Translations under genes and position numbers: made by a program
From: a virus
Lineage: Duplodnaviria; Caudoviricetes
Direction: 5' to 3' (one strand)
Length of the DNA stretch: 56,601 bases
Virus record (IMG/VR): IMGVR_UViG_3300020280_000004
Span: 1-56,601 of that record
The notes under the pieces: model-generated
Told to the model about the DNA's origin: nothing
Databases searched by the model: none
The model's input: the letters and a program-made list of their open reading frames with translations, nothing else
In this document: piece by piece, positions 56,447 through 56,601 of the stretch
Layout: every line of letters starts with the position of its first letter
How positions within the stretch are numbered: position 1 is the first letter of the stretch

Positions 56447-56601
56447 CTAGTCTTTCTTAGGTAGTGCTTTGCACTGTTCTTCTGACGCAGGTAAACCTGT
56501 GTTTTTGTCATATATCCAAACATATGAGTAACTGACACTGTCGTCTTTTACCACACATTTTTTACCCAAAGAAACCTTTGGATTAGATACACTACAAGCA
56601 G
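56447..56601 (-). CDS. Small lipoprotein-like protein, 5' end outside window
   Basis: Manual translation ...ACSVSNPKVSLGKKCVVKDDSVSYSYVWIYDKNTGLPASEEQCKALPKKD*; the ACS start resembles a lipobox end. Confidence 0.45.
   Translation of the reverse strand, partial: ACSVSNPKVSLGKKCVVKDDSVSYSYVWIYDKNTGLPASEEQCKALPKKD

Noticed and set aside
1-56601. CRISPR arrays, tRNA genes, introns/inteins, stop-codon reassignment
   Set aside because: No spaced direct repeats, cloverleafs or interrupted genes were seen, and coding density is near complete under the standard code.

Overview
This 56.6 kb AT-rich window is part of the virion-morphogenesis region of a large T4-like contractile-tailed phage. A marine environmental origin and an alphaproteobacterial/SAR11-like host are inferred, not shown. 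It encodes two tail-tube-fold proteins, a 1077-aa sheath, neck and tail-terminator proteins, a dNMP kinase and about 30 kb of giant, duplicated, modular fibre/appendage proteins, most preceded by a T4-late-like (A)TAAATA motif. The most notable feature is a candidate virion-decoration system embedded among the structural genes. It consists of an ADP-heptose operon (NUDIX, HldE, 2OG-Fe(II) oxygenase, HldD, cupin) and a cassette of two GT9-like glycosyltransferases flanking a NodU/CmcH-type carbamoyltransferase, directly downstream of three paralogous ~10% Cys glycine-rich adhesin-like proteins and two chaperone-like paralogues. Other oddities are phycobiliprotein-like CxRD helical modules in the fibres together with a phage hemB, a type-1-copper-like fibre tip, a catalytically dead esterase inserted into a virion protein, two structured 5' leaders, leaderless late genes, and apparent avoidance of AGCT and GCWGC. 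All assignments come from motif recognition by eye; no searches were run.
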